A model generated the notes under the pieces. That model saw nothing but the letters and a program-made list of their open reading frames with translations, was not told the DNA's origin and ran no database searches. A stretch of DNA of 64,000 nt from Escherichia coli (lineage in GTDB: Bacteria > Pseudomonadota > Gammaproteobacteria > Enterobacterales > Enterobacteriaceae), in NCBI RefSeq assembly GCF_003334305.1, contig NZ_QOWS01000011.1. One strand, 5' to 3'. Positions 30,537 through 41,923 of the stretch are shown here, in pieces. The stretch's first letter is position 1. Every line of letters starts with the position of its first letter. The position numbers were made by a program, and so were the translations under genes.

Positions 30537-31809
30537 TGTTCAGTCGAATGTGAAACCTCTGACGTTGACGACCGGGCGGGTGATTTTTGCTATTGCCGGC
30601 GTCTATGTGACGCAGAGTCTGGTATCGGCGCTGTCTATGCAGTCCTTACCCGCGCTGGTGCGCGCTGCTGGCGGTTCGCTGGCGCTTGCCGGTGCGACAA
30701 CCCTGTTTATGCTGCCCTGGGCGCTGAAGTTTATTTGGGCGCCGTGGATCGAGCGCTGGCGGCTTCCGCCCGGTAGCCAGGAACGCCGTTCCCGCATGTT
30801 AATCCTGCGTGGTCAGGTCGCGCTAGCGGCGATCCTGACTATTGCCGCAGCGATTGGCTGGTTTGGGCGAGAAGGGGGATTCCCCGATACGCAAATCGTC
30901 GCGTTATTTGTTCTGTTTATGGTGGCAGGCACGGTCGCCTCCACCATTGATATCGCCAGCGACGGCTTTTGTGTCGATCAACTGACCCGCACGGGTTACG
31001 GCTGGGGAAACAGCGTGCAGGTCGGCGGCAGCTATCTGGGAATGATGTGCGGCGGCGGGGTGTTCCTGATGCTGTCGGCGGCATCCGGCTGGCCTGTCGC
31101 CATGCTGATGATGGCGGTGCTGATTATGGCGCTGTCACTCCCGCTGTGGCGCATTACGGAGCCGACGCGAACAGCGACTATCCCGCATGTTCCGGCGTTA
31201 GGTTATGCGCTAAGGAGGAAGCAGGCGCGCCTGGGCTTACTGCTGGTATTGATGCTGAATTCAGGCATGCGGTTTGTGCTGCCTCTTCTGGCACCGCTGT
31301 TGTTGGATCATGGGTTGAGCATGTCCGCATTGGGCGCGCTGTTCAGCGGCGGCAATATTGCAGCGGGCATAGCAGGAACGCTGGCCGGCGGATTGCTGAT
31401 GAAATACACCTCACCCGGCAGAGCGCTGTTGACGGCTTATGGCGTCCAGGGGATCGCGCTGCTGGCGGTGGTGATGACGCTCATGATGGCGCCGGGTCAT
31501 CTGCTGCTGCAGATTCTCCAGTGTCTGGTCATTGTCCAGTCCATTTCGCTGGCCTGCGCGCTGGTCTGTCTTTACGCCACGCTGATGTCGCTTTCATCGC
31601 CTTTGCAGGCCGGTGTCGACTTCACCCTCTTTCAATGTACTGACGCGGCAATCGCCATTCTGGCTGGCGTTATCGGTGGCGTTGTTGCTCAACATTTTGG
31701 CTATGCGGCCTGCTTCCTGTTTGCCGGGGCATTCACGTTGCTGGCGGCGTGGGTTGCTTATATCCGGCTGCATTCGGCAAGAGAACTGATGACAAGCGCA
31801 ATTGATTGA
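30529..31809 (+). CDS. ybtX: MFS-type membrane protein of the ybt locus
   Basis: 426 aa from the ATG at 30529 (8-nt overlap with ybtQ stop); polytopic hydrophobic protein. Confidence 0.9.
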   Translation: MSDVQSNVKPLTLTTGRVIFAIAGVYVTQSLVSALSMQSLPALVRAAGGSLALAGATTLFMLPWALKFIWAPWIERWRLPPGSQERRSRMLILRGQVALAAILTIAAAIGWFGREGGFPDTQIVALFVLFMVAGTVASTIDIASDGFCVDQLTRTGYGWGNSVQVGGSYLGMMCGGGVFLMLSAASGWPVAMLMMAVLIMALSLPLWRITEPTRTATIPHVPALGYALRRKQARLGLLLVLMLNSGMRFVLPLLAPLLLDHGLSMSALGALFSGGNIAAGIAGTLAGGLLMKYTSPGRALLTAYGVQGIALLAVVMTLMMAPGHLLLQILQCLVIVQSISLACALVCLYATLMSLSSPLQAGVDFTLFQCTDAAIAILAGVIGGVVAQHFGYAACFLFAGAFTLLAAWVAYIRLHSARELMTSAID

Positions 31810-31836
31810 TCCGGGAATAACACAGAGAGGTAAGGG

Positions 31837-33141
31837 ATGAAAATCAGTGAATTTCTACATCTGGCGTTACCAGAGGAACAATGGCTACCGACGATTTCTG
31901 GCGTTTTACGCCAGTTCGCAGAAGAAGAGTGTTATGTCTATGAGCGTCAACCCTGTTGGTATTTAGGCAAAGGGTGCCAGGCACGGCTGCACATTAATGC
32001 CGACGGAACGCAGGCGACATTTATTGATGATGCTGGGGAGCAAAAATGGGCGGTGGATTCCATTGCCGACTGCGCGCGTCGTTTTATGGCGCATCCTCAG
32101 GTGAAAGGACGTCGGGTATATGGACAGGTTGGGTTCAACTTTGCGGCGCATGCGCGGGGGATTGCCTTTAACGCCGGGGAGTGGCCGCTGCTGACGTTAA
32201 CCGTTCCCCGTGAAGAACTTATTTTTGAAAAGGGAAATGTCACCGTTTATGCGGACTCCGCCGACGGGTGCCGACGTTTGTGCGAGTGGGTAAAAGAGGC
32301 CGGTACAACGACGCAGAACGCACCACTGGCGGTGGATACCGCCCTCAATGGTGAGGCATATAAACAACAGGTTGCGCGCGCCGTTGCGGAGATCCGCCGT
32401 GGCGAGTATGTCAAAGTGATTGTCTCGCGCGCCATTCCCCTGCCATCGCGGATTGATATGCCCGCCACGCTGTTATACGGGCGGCAGGCAAACACGCCTG
32501 TGCGCTCGTTTATGTTCCGTCAGGAAGGACGCGAAGCGCTGGGCTTTAGCCCGGAACTGGTGATGTCAGTGACGGGCAATAAAGTGGTCACTGAACCGCT
32601 TGCGGGCACCCGAGATCGCATGGGAAACCCGGAGCATAATAAGGCGAAAGAGGCAGAACTGCTGCACGACAGTAAAGAGGTGCTTGAGCATATCCTTTCT
32701 GTCAAAGAAGCTATTGCTGAACTGGAGGCTGTTTGCCAGCCGGGCAGCGTGGTGGTTGAAGATTTAATGTCGGTTCGCCAGCGCGGCAGCGTTCAGCATC
32801 TGGGGTCTGGCGTGAGCGGTCAGCTTGCGGAAAACAAGGATGCCTGGGATGCGTTTACCGTGCTGTTTCCGTCGATTACCGCCTCAGGTATCCCTAAAAA
32901 TGCTGCTCTGAACGCGATTATGCAAATTGAGAAGACGCCGCGAGAGCTTTATTCCGGCGCAATCCTGCTGCTGGACGATACGCGCTTTGATGCGGCGCTA
33001 GTTCTGCGTTCCGTATTTCAGGATAGCCAGCGCTGCTGGATACAGGCGGGGGCGGGAATCATCGCGCAATCTACGCCGGAACGCGAACTGACAGAAACCC
33101 GGGAGAAATTAGCGAGCATTGCGCCCTATTTAATGGTGTAG
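31837..33141 (+). CDS. ybtS: Salicylate synthase (chorismate-utilising enzyme)
   Basis: 434-aa ORF with C-terminal chorismate-binding motif (...AGAGIIAQSTPERELTETREK...). Confidence 0.95.
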   Translation: MKISEFLHLALPEEQWLPTISGVLRQFAEEECYVYERQPCWYLGKGCQARLHINADGTQATFIDDAGEQKWAVDSIADCARRFMAHPQVKGRRVYGQVGFNFAAHARGIAFNAGEWPLLTLTVPREELIFEKGNVTVYADSADGCRRLCEWVKEAGTTTQNAPLAVDTALNGEAYKQQVARAVAEIRRGEYVKVIVSRAIPLPSRIDMPATLLYGRQANTPVRSFMFRQEGREALGFSPELVMSVTGNKVVTEPLAGTRDRMGNPEHNKAKEAELLHDSKEVLEHILSVKEAIAELEAVCQPGSVVVEDLMSVRQRGSVQHLGSGVSGQLAENKDAWDAFTVLFPSITASGIPKNAALNAIMQIEKTPRELYSGAILLLDDTRFDAALVLRSVFQDSQRCWIQAGAGIIAQSTPERELTETREKLASIAPYLMV

Positions 33142-33279
33142 GAGTAACTGTTTTCTAACCTCACAACCAGACTGTCCAAAGACAATTGAGTCGCTCTTTG
33201 ATTCCTCTGTGACTCTATTGTCTTCTTTTGGGATAAAATAGGTGTTTTTCGTCATGAAGTTGATAAAAGTCTATATAGA

Positions 33280-33300
33280 ACCACCTCCTGTGGAGGTGGT
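33280..33300. terminator. Hairpin between convergent ybtS and int
   Basis: 9-bp perfect stem accacctcc/ggaggtggt with 3-nt loop; weak T-richness, so terminator function is uncertain. Confidence 0.35.
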
Positions 33301-33334
33301 GGTAATTTGCCAGAGTGTGGGATTCGTTAGTATA

Positions 33335-34597
33335 CTATGGGATAAACTTATTTTTACCAATTGTATAAGGCGGTGCATAAGATTCTCGGCATGCTTCCAG
33401 ATAATCCGACCACCACTGCATCATCGCTTTGCGGGCTTCCAGGTGCTCTGCCTTATGAATATAAGCCATGCGCACGGTATTGCGCTCCTGATGACTCATC
33501 TGGCGTTCTACTGCGTCCTTTGCCCATAAACCCGATTCCATCAGCGCACTGCATGCCATTGCCCGGAAGCCGTGACCGCAGATATCCTTTTTCGTGTCGT
33601 AACCCATCACCCGCAGTGCCTTATTGACCGTGTTTTCACACATTGGCTTATACGGGTTATGGTCGCCGGGGAAGATCAGTTCATTATTACCGGTGATATC
33701 CTTAATCTGTTTCAGAATGGCGATGGACTGTTCTGAGAGGGGGACGATATGCGGCATTCGCATTTTTGCCCCGCGGCCGGAATAATGCACGCCAATAATG
33801 GGTTCTCGCGTCGCGGGTATCGTCCAGACTCGGTTTGTGAAATCAATCTCTGACCAGCGGGCGAAACGCAGTTCACTGGAGCGAATGAACACATGCAGCA
33901 TCAGCAGAACGGCATGCCGGGTCAGTTCACGGCCCTGATGATATGCCCCAATACGTTCAAGCAGTTCAGGCAGCCGCTCCAGCGGCAGGGCAGGATAGTG
34001 CCGTCTGACAGGAGGTGTGGTCACGCCGCCAAGGTTTGCTGCAGGGTTCGTATCGATTAACTCCTGATGGACCGCATGGCGTATTATGTTACTCAGGTGC
34101 TGCCGTGTGCGGGACGCAACCTCCAGCAGACCTTTTTCCTCGATCCCTTTCTGCAGGTCAATGAAATGACGGGGTTTAAGTTCTGATACAGGTAGGTTCC
34201 CGATGACCGGAAAGATGTGATTGTTCAGGCTGGCAAGCAGACGGTCGGCGGTGTTCTGCGACCATTTCCTGTTACTTTTATGCCACGCCAGCGCCACGTT
34301 TTTAAAAACTTTCTCCGGTGTTCGTGAGCCACGTACAGCAGCCCGCTGCTGTACCGGGTTGATATTCAGCGCCAGCATTTTACGGATACCTTCACGTTGC
34401 TGTCGCGCATCAGACAGGGAGATGGCTGGATAGGCACCCAGCGCAATGCGGGATTCTTTACCGCTAATACGGTATTTGAGATACCAGTGGCGGGAGCCAC
34501 CCGGCTTGACCCGCAGATACAGACCGTGAGAATCGGAGACTTTAAAGGGTTTATCAGAAGGCTTGAGGGTGCGGATTTTTGCGTCGGTAAGGGATAT
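33335..34597 (-). CDS. int: P4-family tyrosine integrase of the HPI; canonical start position carries ATA
   Basis: Exactly 420 codons from ATA (34597-34595) to the stop. The N-terminus reads (I)SLTDAKIRTLKPSDKPF... in frame with the 347-aa track ORF; catalytic box ...HGFRAMACS.... The first ATG in frame is at 34378. Confidence 0.85.
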   Translation of the reverse strand: MSLTDAKIRTLKPSDKPFKVSDSHGLYLRVKPGGSRHWYLKYRISGKESRIALGAYPAISLSDARQQREGIRKMLALNINPVQQRAAVRGSRTPEKVFKNVALAWHKSNRKWSQNTADRLLASLNNHIFPVIGNLPVSELKPRHFIDLQKGIEEKGLLEVASRTRQHLSNIIRHAVHQELIDTNPAANLGGVTTPPVRRHYPALPLERLPELLERIGAYHQGRELTRHAVLLMLHVFIRSSELRFARWSEIDFTNRVWTIPATREPIIGVHYSGRGAKMRMPHIVPLSEQSIAILKQIKDITGNNELIFPGDHNPYKPMCENTVNKALRVMGYDTKKDICGHGFRAMACSALMESGLWAKDAVERQMSHQERNTVRMAYIHKAEHLEARKAMMQWWSDYLEACRESYAPPYTIGKNKFIP

Positions 34598-34757
34598 ATG
34601 GGGGTCACTCCATTATCGAACTAACCTGACCCCAGATTTGACCACCAATTTTTCCCGATGCGTAGGGTAAAATCAAAATGCACCGAGAAGAGTTTTCACA
34701 CTAACCTGTTGAATCAACATCAGATAAAGATTCGCAAGGATGCAAGAAAACAGAAAA

Positions 34758-34774
34758 TTGGCTCCTCTGACTGG
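34758..34774. repeat. 17-bp att core at the tRNA-Asn 3' end (single copy)
   Basis: ttggctcctctgactgg overlaps the tRNA 3' end; no second copy found by eye between 3300 and 4320. Confidence 0.6.
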
Positions 34775-34834
34775 ACTCGAACCAGTGACATACGGATTAA
34801 CAGTCCGCCGTTCTACCGACTGAACTACAGAGGA
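34759..34834 (-). tRNA. asnT: tRNA-Asn (GUU)
   Basis: 76-nt minus-strand sequence reads TCCTCTGTAGTTCAGTCGGTAGAACGGCGGACTGTTAATCCGTATGTCACTGGTTCGAGTCCAGTCAGAGGAGCCA; the copy next to mtfA is asnT in K-12. Confidence 0.9.
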
Positions 34835-34934
34835 ATCGTGAGAACGGGGCGCATATTACTTAGCGGTACCTTGTCTGTCAACACTAAATTTCATAAGCCA
34901 TTTCAATTGGTTAATTAATCTGCAAAGTTGTTAA

Positions 34935-35732
34935 TTAATGAACATTCGTCGCCGAAAACGAGTCTGTATCATTAGCGTGATGCAGTCTCTGCAAAGGATC
35001 TTGTTGATAAAATTGGCAGAAACGTTGCCACAATGAAGGGAAACGAGGAGCAAAAAGTTCTGGGGCGCTAAAGAAATATTCAGAAAGTACGGCAAAACAT
35101 TCAGCAGGATCACTGGCAGCATAAGCATCGATGCTCGCCGCATTCTCGCCAACCAATTCGATTTCTTCCTGAATGTTGTTCATTGCAGCATGAAGATCGT
35201 GTTCCCAGCCAGCAACCTCACGCAACGGAATAAAGGGAACTCCGCTGGCGCGATCGCCGTTACGGGTGTCCAGCTTATGAGCGACTTCATGAATAATCAG
35301 GTTAAAACCAGAAGCATCAAAAGAATCTTGTATATCCAACCAGTTCAAAACGATAGGCCCTTGCTGCCAGCTCTGACCTGACTGAACAATACGTTGGTTA
35401 TGCACCAGACCGATATCGTCTTCCCATTCATCATCGACCACAAATGGCGCAGGATAAATTAAGACTTCATGAAAACCATCCAGCCATTCCAGTCCTAACT
35501 CCAGAACGGGCAGGCAAAATAGAAGTGCTATCCGGCAGCTTCTTAATGAATTCAGCTCAAAGCCCTGTAAAGGAACAAGCCGTTTTTGCTGTAAAAAACG
35601 TTCGGCAAGAGTGACTAATTTGCTTTGTTCCTGTTCCGTCAGACACGTTAAAAGGGGGATCGATAGTGCTTCCTGCCAGGGAAGGGCAGTTTGATGTGCT
35701 GATTCTTGTACTTTCCAGGGCCACTTAATCAT
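34935..35732 (-). CDS. mtfA: Mlc titration factor A (zinc-dependent peptidase-like)
   Basis: 265 aa from the internal ATG ([19 protein letters not shown]...) with HEVAH zinc motif; the track ORF extends 13 codons upstream. Confidence 0.9.
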   Translation of the reverse strand: MIKWPWKVQESAHQTALPWQEALSIPLLTCLTEQEQSKLVTLAERFLQQKRLVPLQGFELNSLRSCRIALLFCLPVLELGLEWLDGFHEVLIYPAPFVVDDEWEDDIGLVHNQRIVQSGQSWQQGPIVLNWLDIQDSFDASGFNLIIHEVAHKLDTRNGDRASGVPFIPLREVAGWEHDLHAAMNNIQEEIELVGENAASIDAYAASDPAECFAVLSEYFFSAPELFAPRFPSLWQRFCQFYQQDPLQRLHHANDTDSFSATNVH

Positions 35733-35825
35733 CGTTTTGCTCGCAAACTCGTCACTTGAACAAAATTGCACGGACAGGGACTGTTAAAATGCCAAATTTC
35801 CTGGCATCATGGCAACCATCTGAAC

Positions 35826-35915
35826 GGAGAGATGCCGGAGCGGCTGAACGGACCGGTCTCGAAAACCGGAGTAGGGGCAACTCTACCGGGGGTTCAAATC
35901 CCCCTCTCTCCGCCA
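35826..35915 (+). tRNA. serU: tRNA-Ser
   Basis: 90-nt sequence GGAGAGATGCCGGAGCGGCTGAACGGACCGGTCTCGAAAACCGGAGTAGGGGCAACTCTACCGGGGGTTCAAATCCCCCTCTCTCCGCCA with long variable arm. Confidence 0.9.
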
Positions 35916-36461
35916 CTTTATCAATGACTTATCTCCCGACTTCCCGCCTTGCTTTTCCTAAACAGAACAATCGTAGAATATTCTTGAAGGGTTAGATCGT
36001 CACTGTTTTCTGTTCGATACTGTGACATTCAGCACTTGATTCGCTATGGGTCTGACAGGAAGGTTTCGAGCGAAAATCTACAGTTATTCAGTCGTTTTCT
36101 TATCGGTCACCATTATTCTTTTAGACATTGATCCTATGAAACTGCCGCAAAGTTGCTGGCGGGAACTGAAGTTGCGTAGAGAAGGGGTCAATAATTGAGC
36201 CAAAAAAGGAACGCGGCCGTCAGATTAAAGCCGCGGGACAAAGTCCATAATTTCCAAGAGTTGTTGAATTTCCCAGCTTTTTTGAAAGCCTTTGTATCAT
36301 ACTAACAAGTAAAAAAGGTTTAAATACCAAAATTAACCTATATTTCTGGTTAGCTTTACCATGACAGATGACTTGCTCCTGGAGACATTGGCGCAGCCCG
36401 TCTGTATTGGTGAGTTGTGTATTTATTGTTCGCCGTTTTCTCAGTTTTTTTCTACAGACAT

Positions 36462-36496
36462 AATAAAAAAGACACGTCTCAAGCATGAGCGTGTCT
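36462..36496 (-). terminator. zinT terminator hairpin
   Basis: agacacgtctca/tgagcgtgtct stem (one bulge) preceded by aataaaaaa, giving a U-run after the stem on the minus strand; ~90 nt downstream of the zinT stop. Confidence 0.5.
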
Positions 36497-36584
36497 GAGT
36501 TTGTCTTATTTATTTGTCTTGGTAAATTATTGTCGTTACTACCAGGCACTGTTCTGTTAAATAATTGAAGTCAGCGCAAAAAAA

Positions 36585-37235
36585 TCAATGAGACATCATC
36601 TCCTCGACCACTTCTTTGCTACTCAACTGATATGGATAATACGTTGGCCAGTTTTCCATTTCATTCAATAAAGACTGTTGGGTATCATTACCCATAAAAA
36701 TGTGAAAATGAGATGATTTTCGTGGTGCAATTATATGATCGCTAAATTGAATATATTTAGGGGCTTTGCTTTCAGGATCTTTACATTCGAATAAGTAACG
36801 AACGCCTTTCTTGCCTGATTTATAGGTGAGTATTTTGTATCCATCGTAATCATATTTACAGGATGTTGTTTCATTATGTCTATGGAATTCAACAATGCCG
36901 TCCTCAATGCCAATCATCTCGATATCTGTCACATAACCTTTGCGATAATAATCTTTAATTTCAGCAAATGTTTTGGTTTTATCTGCATCCGCTTTCTTCT
37001 GAAAGACGGGGTCAAGTTTGCCACTTTGCAGTAAAGGATAAACGGATTGCCAGACTCCATCCCAGTCACTGAGCGTTCGGTTTTGTACATTGGTATCATC
37101 AAAAACACCATTAGCAGCTTTTTGTTCGACCTCTGTTAAGGGGTTGCCGTGTGAGTGATGACCATGCGAAAAGGCAGGAGCGCTAACAATAAAGACGCCT
37201 AAAGCAACAGCCAGTTTATGAAGACGAATCGCCAA
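36585..37235 (-). CDS. zinT: Periplasmic zinc/cadmium-binding protein
   Basis: 216-aa ORF with signal peptide and His-rich HGHHSHG motif. Confidence 0.9.
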   Translation of the reverse strand: MAIRLHKLAVALGVFIVSAPAFSHGHHSHGNPLTEVEQKAANGVFDDTNVQNRTLSDWDGVWQSVYPLLQSGKLDPVFQKKADADKTKTFAEIKDYYRKGYVTDIEMIGIEDGIVEFHRHNETTSCKYDYDGYKILTYKSGKKGVRYLFECKDPESKAPKYIQFSDHIIAPRKSSHFHIFMGNDTQQSLLNEMENWPTYYPYQLSSKEVVEEMMSH

Positions 37236-37491
37236 AACAGTTTCCTCCAGAGTTAATGTACATGATGTATAATGTTATATTGTAACATATGGCGAAATGC
37301 AATAACTCTTAGGAAACGAGAGCATAGTTTTCTCAGGTGTATTTTCCTATCTTATTGAAATAAAATAAATTATTCTGGTGATGAAAGGTTGATGACAAAC
37401 GAAACATAACTTGATGCGATCTGTGTGGGCCGGATAGGGCGCTCGCGCCGCATCCGGCCGGGATAACGCGTACTTTGTTGGCAATATGAAG

Positions 37492-38127
37492 TTATAGAGA
37501 TAATTTGTTGTGAACCTGCTTGCGTAACTGGTTGAAAAGGGAAAGCAACTTCTTATACCGTAAGGCTAAAAGCAGTACCGCCAGCCCAGCGTAGATGAGT
37601 GGCTGCGGTGAAATAATCTTCACTGACCACAAATAATGTATTGGGGCCAGGATCGCGACAAGATAGACGAAGTTATGCAACTGTTGCCAGTGTTTGCCGA
37701 GTTTTCGCTGCATCGCCTGGGTTGAAGTGAACGCTAACGCAAGCAAAATTACCCAGCTGATAATACCTAACGTTAAATAAGGCCGGGTAATTAACTCCTT
37801 ACCTAATAACGCCAGATTATTCACGCCCAGCTCCAGCAATGCGTAACTGGTTAAATGCAGTGTCGCCCAGGCAAAGCACCATAAGCCTAACAGGCGGCGA
37901 GTGCGTATCAATAACGGCTGTTTTGCGTAGCGTGCCAGAGGTGTGATTAACAAGGTCGCCAGCAAAAATTTCAGTGCAGTGCGACCGGTAAAATGCTGAA
38001 TATCTTTCACCGGATCGGCACCCAGTCCACCGTGATTGATCGCCCAGGCCAGCCAGAGAAACGGCAACAATCCGGCAAGATGCAGGCAAACTTTCAGCCA
38101 TGTCACCTGTTTTGCTGTCAGACGCAT
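37492..38127 (-). CDS. msrQ: Methionine sulfoxide reductase haem-binding membrane subunit
   Basis: 211-aa polytopic ORF immediately downstream of msrP. Confidence 0.9.
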   Translation of the reverse strand: MRLTAKQVTWLKVCLHLAGLLPFLWLAWAINHGGLGADPVKDIQHFTGRTALKFLLATLLITPLARYAKQPLLIRTRRLLGLWCFAWATLHLTSYALLELGVNNLALLGKELITRPYLTLGIISWVILLALAFTSTQAMQRKLGKHWQQLHNFVYLVAILAPIHYLWSVKIISPQPLIYAGLAVLLLALRYKKLLSLFNQLRKQVHNKLSL

Positions 38128-39138
<1,011 letters not shown>

Positions 39139-39240
39139 TCACACTTTTTTGTCGTTAGCCAGCAAGAGCCGTTTACTGTTTATCTGTCAGGGAGTGTCCT
39201 CCCTAACAGTAGCAGAGATCTGCTTTTACATATTTATGCA

Positions 39241-39654
39241 TTAACTGCCACGATAGGTTGAATACCCATATTGGCTAAGTAATAAAGGCACATGATAATG
39301 CTCGTTCACTTTATTAATATGAAATTCAACGGGGATCTCAGGGAAGAAACTTTCAAGATTTTGTTTCTTGAAATAGTCCCCGGTTTTAAATACGACACGG
39401 TAATCGCCCGTAGTTGCAGTTTGCTCGGGCCACAGTGCCTTAATTCGTCCATCCTTATCTGTTTTGGCGGTATTAAGTTGTAACCAGCCGTTATCCGCCT
39501 TCTTTTCAAGAGTGACTGTCACGTCAGCAGCGGGTTTTCCTGTTTGCTGGTTCAAAATGTGCACGCTAAGAATGTTTTGTTGTGCGGCATTAACCAAAGA
39601 AGGTAATGAAAATGCTGCCGTTGCTACCGAGAGTACTAAATAACGCTTTAACAT
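39241..39654 (-). CDS. hiuH: 5-hydroxyisourate hydrolase (transthyretin-like)
   Basis: 137-aa ORF with signal peptide and C-terminal YRGS. Confidence 0.85.
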
Positions 39655-39786
39655 GTTTATATCCTTGTCATGTGAATGAGTTTTGAGGATAGCGAAAAAA
39701 CGTCCAGGGTAACCTTACAGCAGCATTACAATTTTGTAATGAACCAGGCTGTTTCTATAACATATGATTTATGGCATATTATTTTC

Positions 39787-40458
39787 ATGAAGATTTTACT
39801 TATTGAAGATAATCAAAGGACCCAGGAGTGGGTAACGCAGGGGCTTTCCGAAGCGGGTTATGTCATCGATGCCGTTTCTGATGGCAGAGATGGGCTTTAT
39901 CTTGCGCTGAAGGATGATTATGCATTGATCATTCTGGATATTATGCTTCCGGGTATGGATGGCTGGCAGATCTTACAAACGTTAAGAACGGCAAAGCAAA
40001 CCCCTGTTATTTGCCTTACTGCAAGGGATTCTGTCGATGACAGAGTCAGAGGGTTGGACAGTGGAGCAAATGATTATCTGGTAAAACCTTTTTCATTTTC
40101 TGAGTTGCTGGCAAGGGTTCGGGCACAATTAAGGCAACATCACGCTTTGAATTCAACATTAGAAATCAGCGGCTTAAGAATGGACTCTGTTAGTCAAAGT
40201 GTGAGCAGGGACAATATCAGTATTACACTGACGCGCAAGGAGTTTCAGTTACTTTGGCTACTGGCCTCCAGAGCAGGCGAAATTATACCCAGAACGGTTA
40301 TTGCGAGTGAAATTTGGGGAATCAACTTTGATAGTGATACCAATACGGTGGACGTCGCCATTCGCAGGCTCCGCGCAAAAGTTGATGATCCTTTTCCTGA
40401 AAAGCTAATCGCCACAATCCGGGGGATGGGCTATTCATTCGTAGCGGTAAAAAAATAA
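39787..40458 (+). CDS. hprR: Two-component response regulator (OmpR family)
   Basis: 223 aa from MKILLIEDN at 39787; receiver motif DIMLPGMDG and winged-helix C-terminus; the track ORF starts 37 codons upstream. Confidence 0.9.
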   Translation: MKILLIEDNQRTQEWVTQGLSEAGYVIDAVSDGRDGLYLALKDDYALIILDIMLPGMDGWQILQTLRTAKQTPVICLTARDSVDDRVRGLDSGANDYLVKPFSFSELLARVRAQLRQHHALNSTLEISGLRMDSVSQSVSRDNISITLTRKEFQLLWLLASRAGEIIPRTVIASEIWGINFDSDTNTVDVAIRRLRAKVDDPFPEKLIATIRGMGYSFVAVKK

Positions 40459-41816
40459 TGAAAAGATTATCTATAACCGTCCGTTTAACCTTGCTTTTTA
40501 TATTGCTGCTGTCTGTTGCTGGCGCTGGAATTGTCTGGACTCTCTATAATGGCCTGGCAAGTGAGTTGAAATGGCGCGATGATACAACACTCATTAACCG
40601 GACAGCGCAGATCAAGCAGTTGTTAATTGATGGGGTAAATCCAGATACGTTACCTGTATACTTTAACCGGATGATGGATGTTAGCCAGGATATCTTGATC
40701 ATTCATGGTGATGGCATCAATAAAATTGTTAACCGGACAAATGTCAGTGATGACATGTTAAATAACATACCTGCTAGTGAGACAATCAGCGCAGCTGGCA
40801 TTTACAGAAGCATTATTAATGACACTGAGATTGATGCTTTACGAATTAATATTGATGAAGTTTCGCCATCATTAACGGTTACTGTGGCTAAATTGGCTTC
40901 AGCCAGACATAACATGCTTGAACAGTATAAAATCAATAGCATTATAATTTGCATTGTCGCCATTATACTGTGCTCAGTATTAAGTCCGCTGTTAATCCGA
41001 ACGGGGTTACGAGAGATCAAAAAGTTGAGTGGTGTAACGGAAGCGCTGAATTATAACGATAGCCGGGAGCCTGTTGAGGTTAGCGCATTACCGAGAGAAC
41101 TAAAACCTCTTGGGCAGGCGTTGAATAAAATGCATCATGCTTTAGTCAAAGATTTTGAGCGTCTAAGTCAGTTTGCTGACGATCTCGCTCATGAACTTAG
41201 AACGCCAATTAATGCATTACTGGGTCAGAATCAGGTTACGCTCAGTCAAACCAGAAGTATCGCTGAATATCAAAAAACAATTGCCGGTAACATTGAAGAG
41301 CTGGAAAATATTTCGCGGTTAACAGAGAACATACTGTTTCTTGCCAGGGCAGATAAAAACAATGTTTTGGTGAAACTGGACTCGCTTTCTCTCAATAAGG
41401 AAGTCGAAAATTTGTTGGACTATCTTGAATATCTTTCAGACGAGAAAGAGATTTGCTTTAATGTCGAGTGCAATCAGCAAATCTTTGCGGATAAAATTTT
41501 ACTGCAACGAATGTTATCGAATCTTATTGTTAATGCCATTAGATATTCACCAGAAAAATCGCGTATTCATATAACCAGTTTTCTTGATACCAACGGATCT
41601 CTTAATATTGATATCGCCAGCCCTGGAACGAAAATTAATGAGCCTGAAAAACTCTTCCGTAGATTTTGGCGGGGAGATAATTCGCGTCATTCCGTAGGTC
41701 AGGGACTAGGCCTTTCTTTAGTCAAAGCGATTGCCGAATTACATGGGGGAAGTGCTACGTATCACTATCTCAATAAGCATAATGTGTTCCGGATTACGTT
41801 GCCGCAAAGAAATTAA
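40458..41816 (+). CDS. hprS: Two-component sensor histidine kinase
   Basis: 452 aa; H-box LAHELRTP and G-box GQGLGLSLVK; start overlaps the hprR stop. Confidence 0.9.
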   Translation: MKRLSITVRLTLLFILLLSVAGAGIVWTLYNGLASELKWRDDTTLINRTAQIKQLLIDGVNPDTLPVYFNRMMDVSQDILIIHGDGINKIVNRTNVSDDMLNNIPASETISAAGIYRSIINDTEIDALRINIDEVSPSLTVTVAKLASARHNMLEQYKINSIIICIVAIILCSVLSPLLIRTGLREIKKLSGVTEALNYNDSREPVEVSALPRELKPLGQALNKMHHALVKDFERLSQFADDLAHELRTPINALLGQNQVTLSQTRSIAEYQKTIAGNIEELENISRLTENILFLARADKNNVLVKLDSLSLNKEVENLLDYLEYLSDEKEICFNVECNQQIFADKILLQRMLSNLIVNAIRYSPEKSRIHITSFLDTNGSLNIDIASPGTKINEPEKLFRRFWRGDNSRHSVGQGLGLSLVKAIAELHGGSATYHYLNKHNVFRITLPQRN

Positions 41817-41923
41817 CATAGGGCTTCAGTACGCCATAAATTAACCGTGAAAAAACGCAGCCACGTCGTGAATACTAACGCGGCTGCGATTGATTATGCG
41901 CTTACATTAAAACGTAACAGGGA

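Larger units (their letters stand above)
4276..34774. mobile_element. Yersiniabactin High-Pathogenicity Island (tRNA-Asn-associated genomic island)
   Basis: int next to tRNA-Asn plus the full ybt gene set; the distal (fyuA-side) boundary is approximate and may include the AT-rich segment 3305-4275. Confidence 0.9.

Noticed and set aside
33242-33529. 95-aa plus-strand ORF at the ybtS-int junction
   Set aside because: It overlaps the int 3' end in antisense and spans the convergent hairpin; no coding signal.
35756-35995. 79-aa ORF overlapping serU
   Set aside because: It reads across a tRNA gene; an artefact.
36220-36549. 109-aa minus-strand ORF between serU and zinT
   Set aside because: GTG start with no Shine-Dalgarno, Lys/Arg-rich low-complexity translation, and it reads through the zinT terminator hairpin; most likely spurious.
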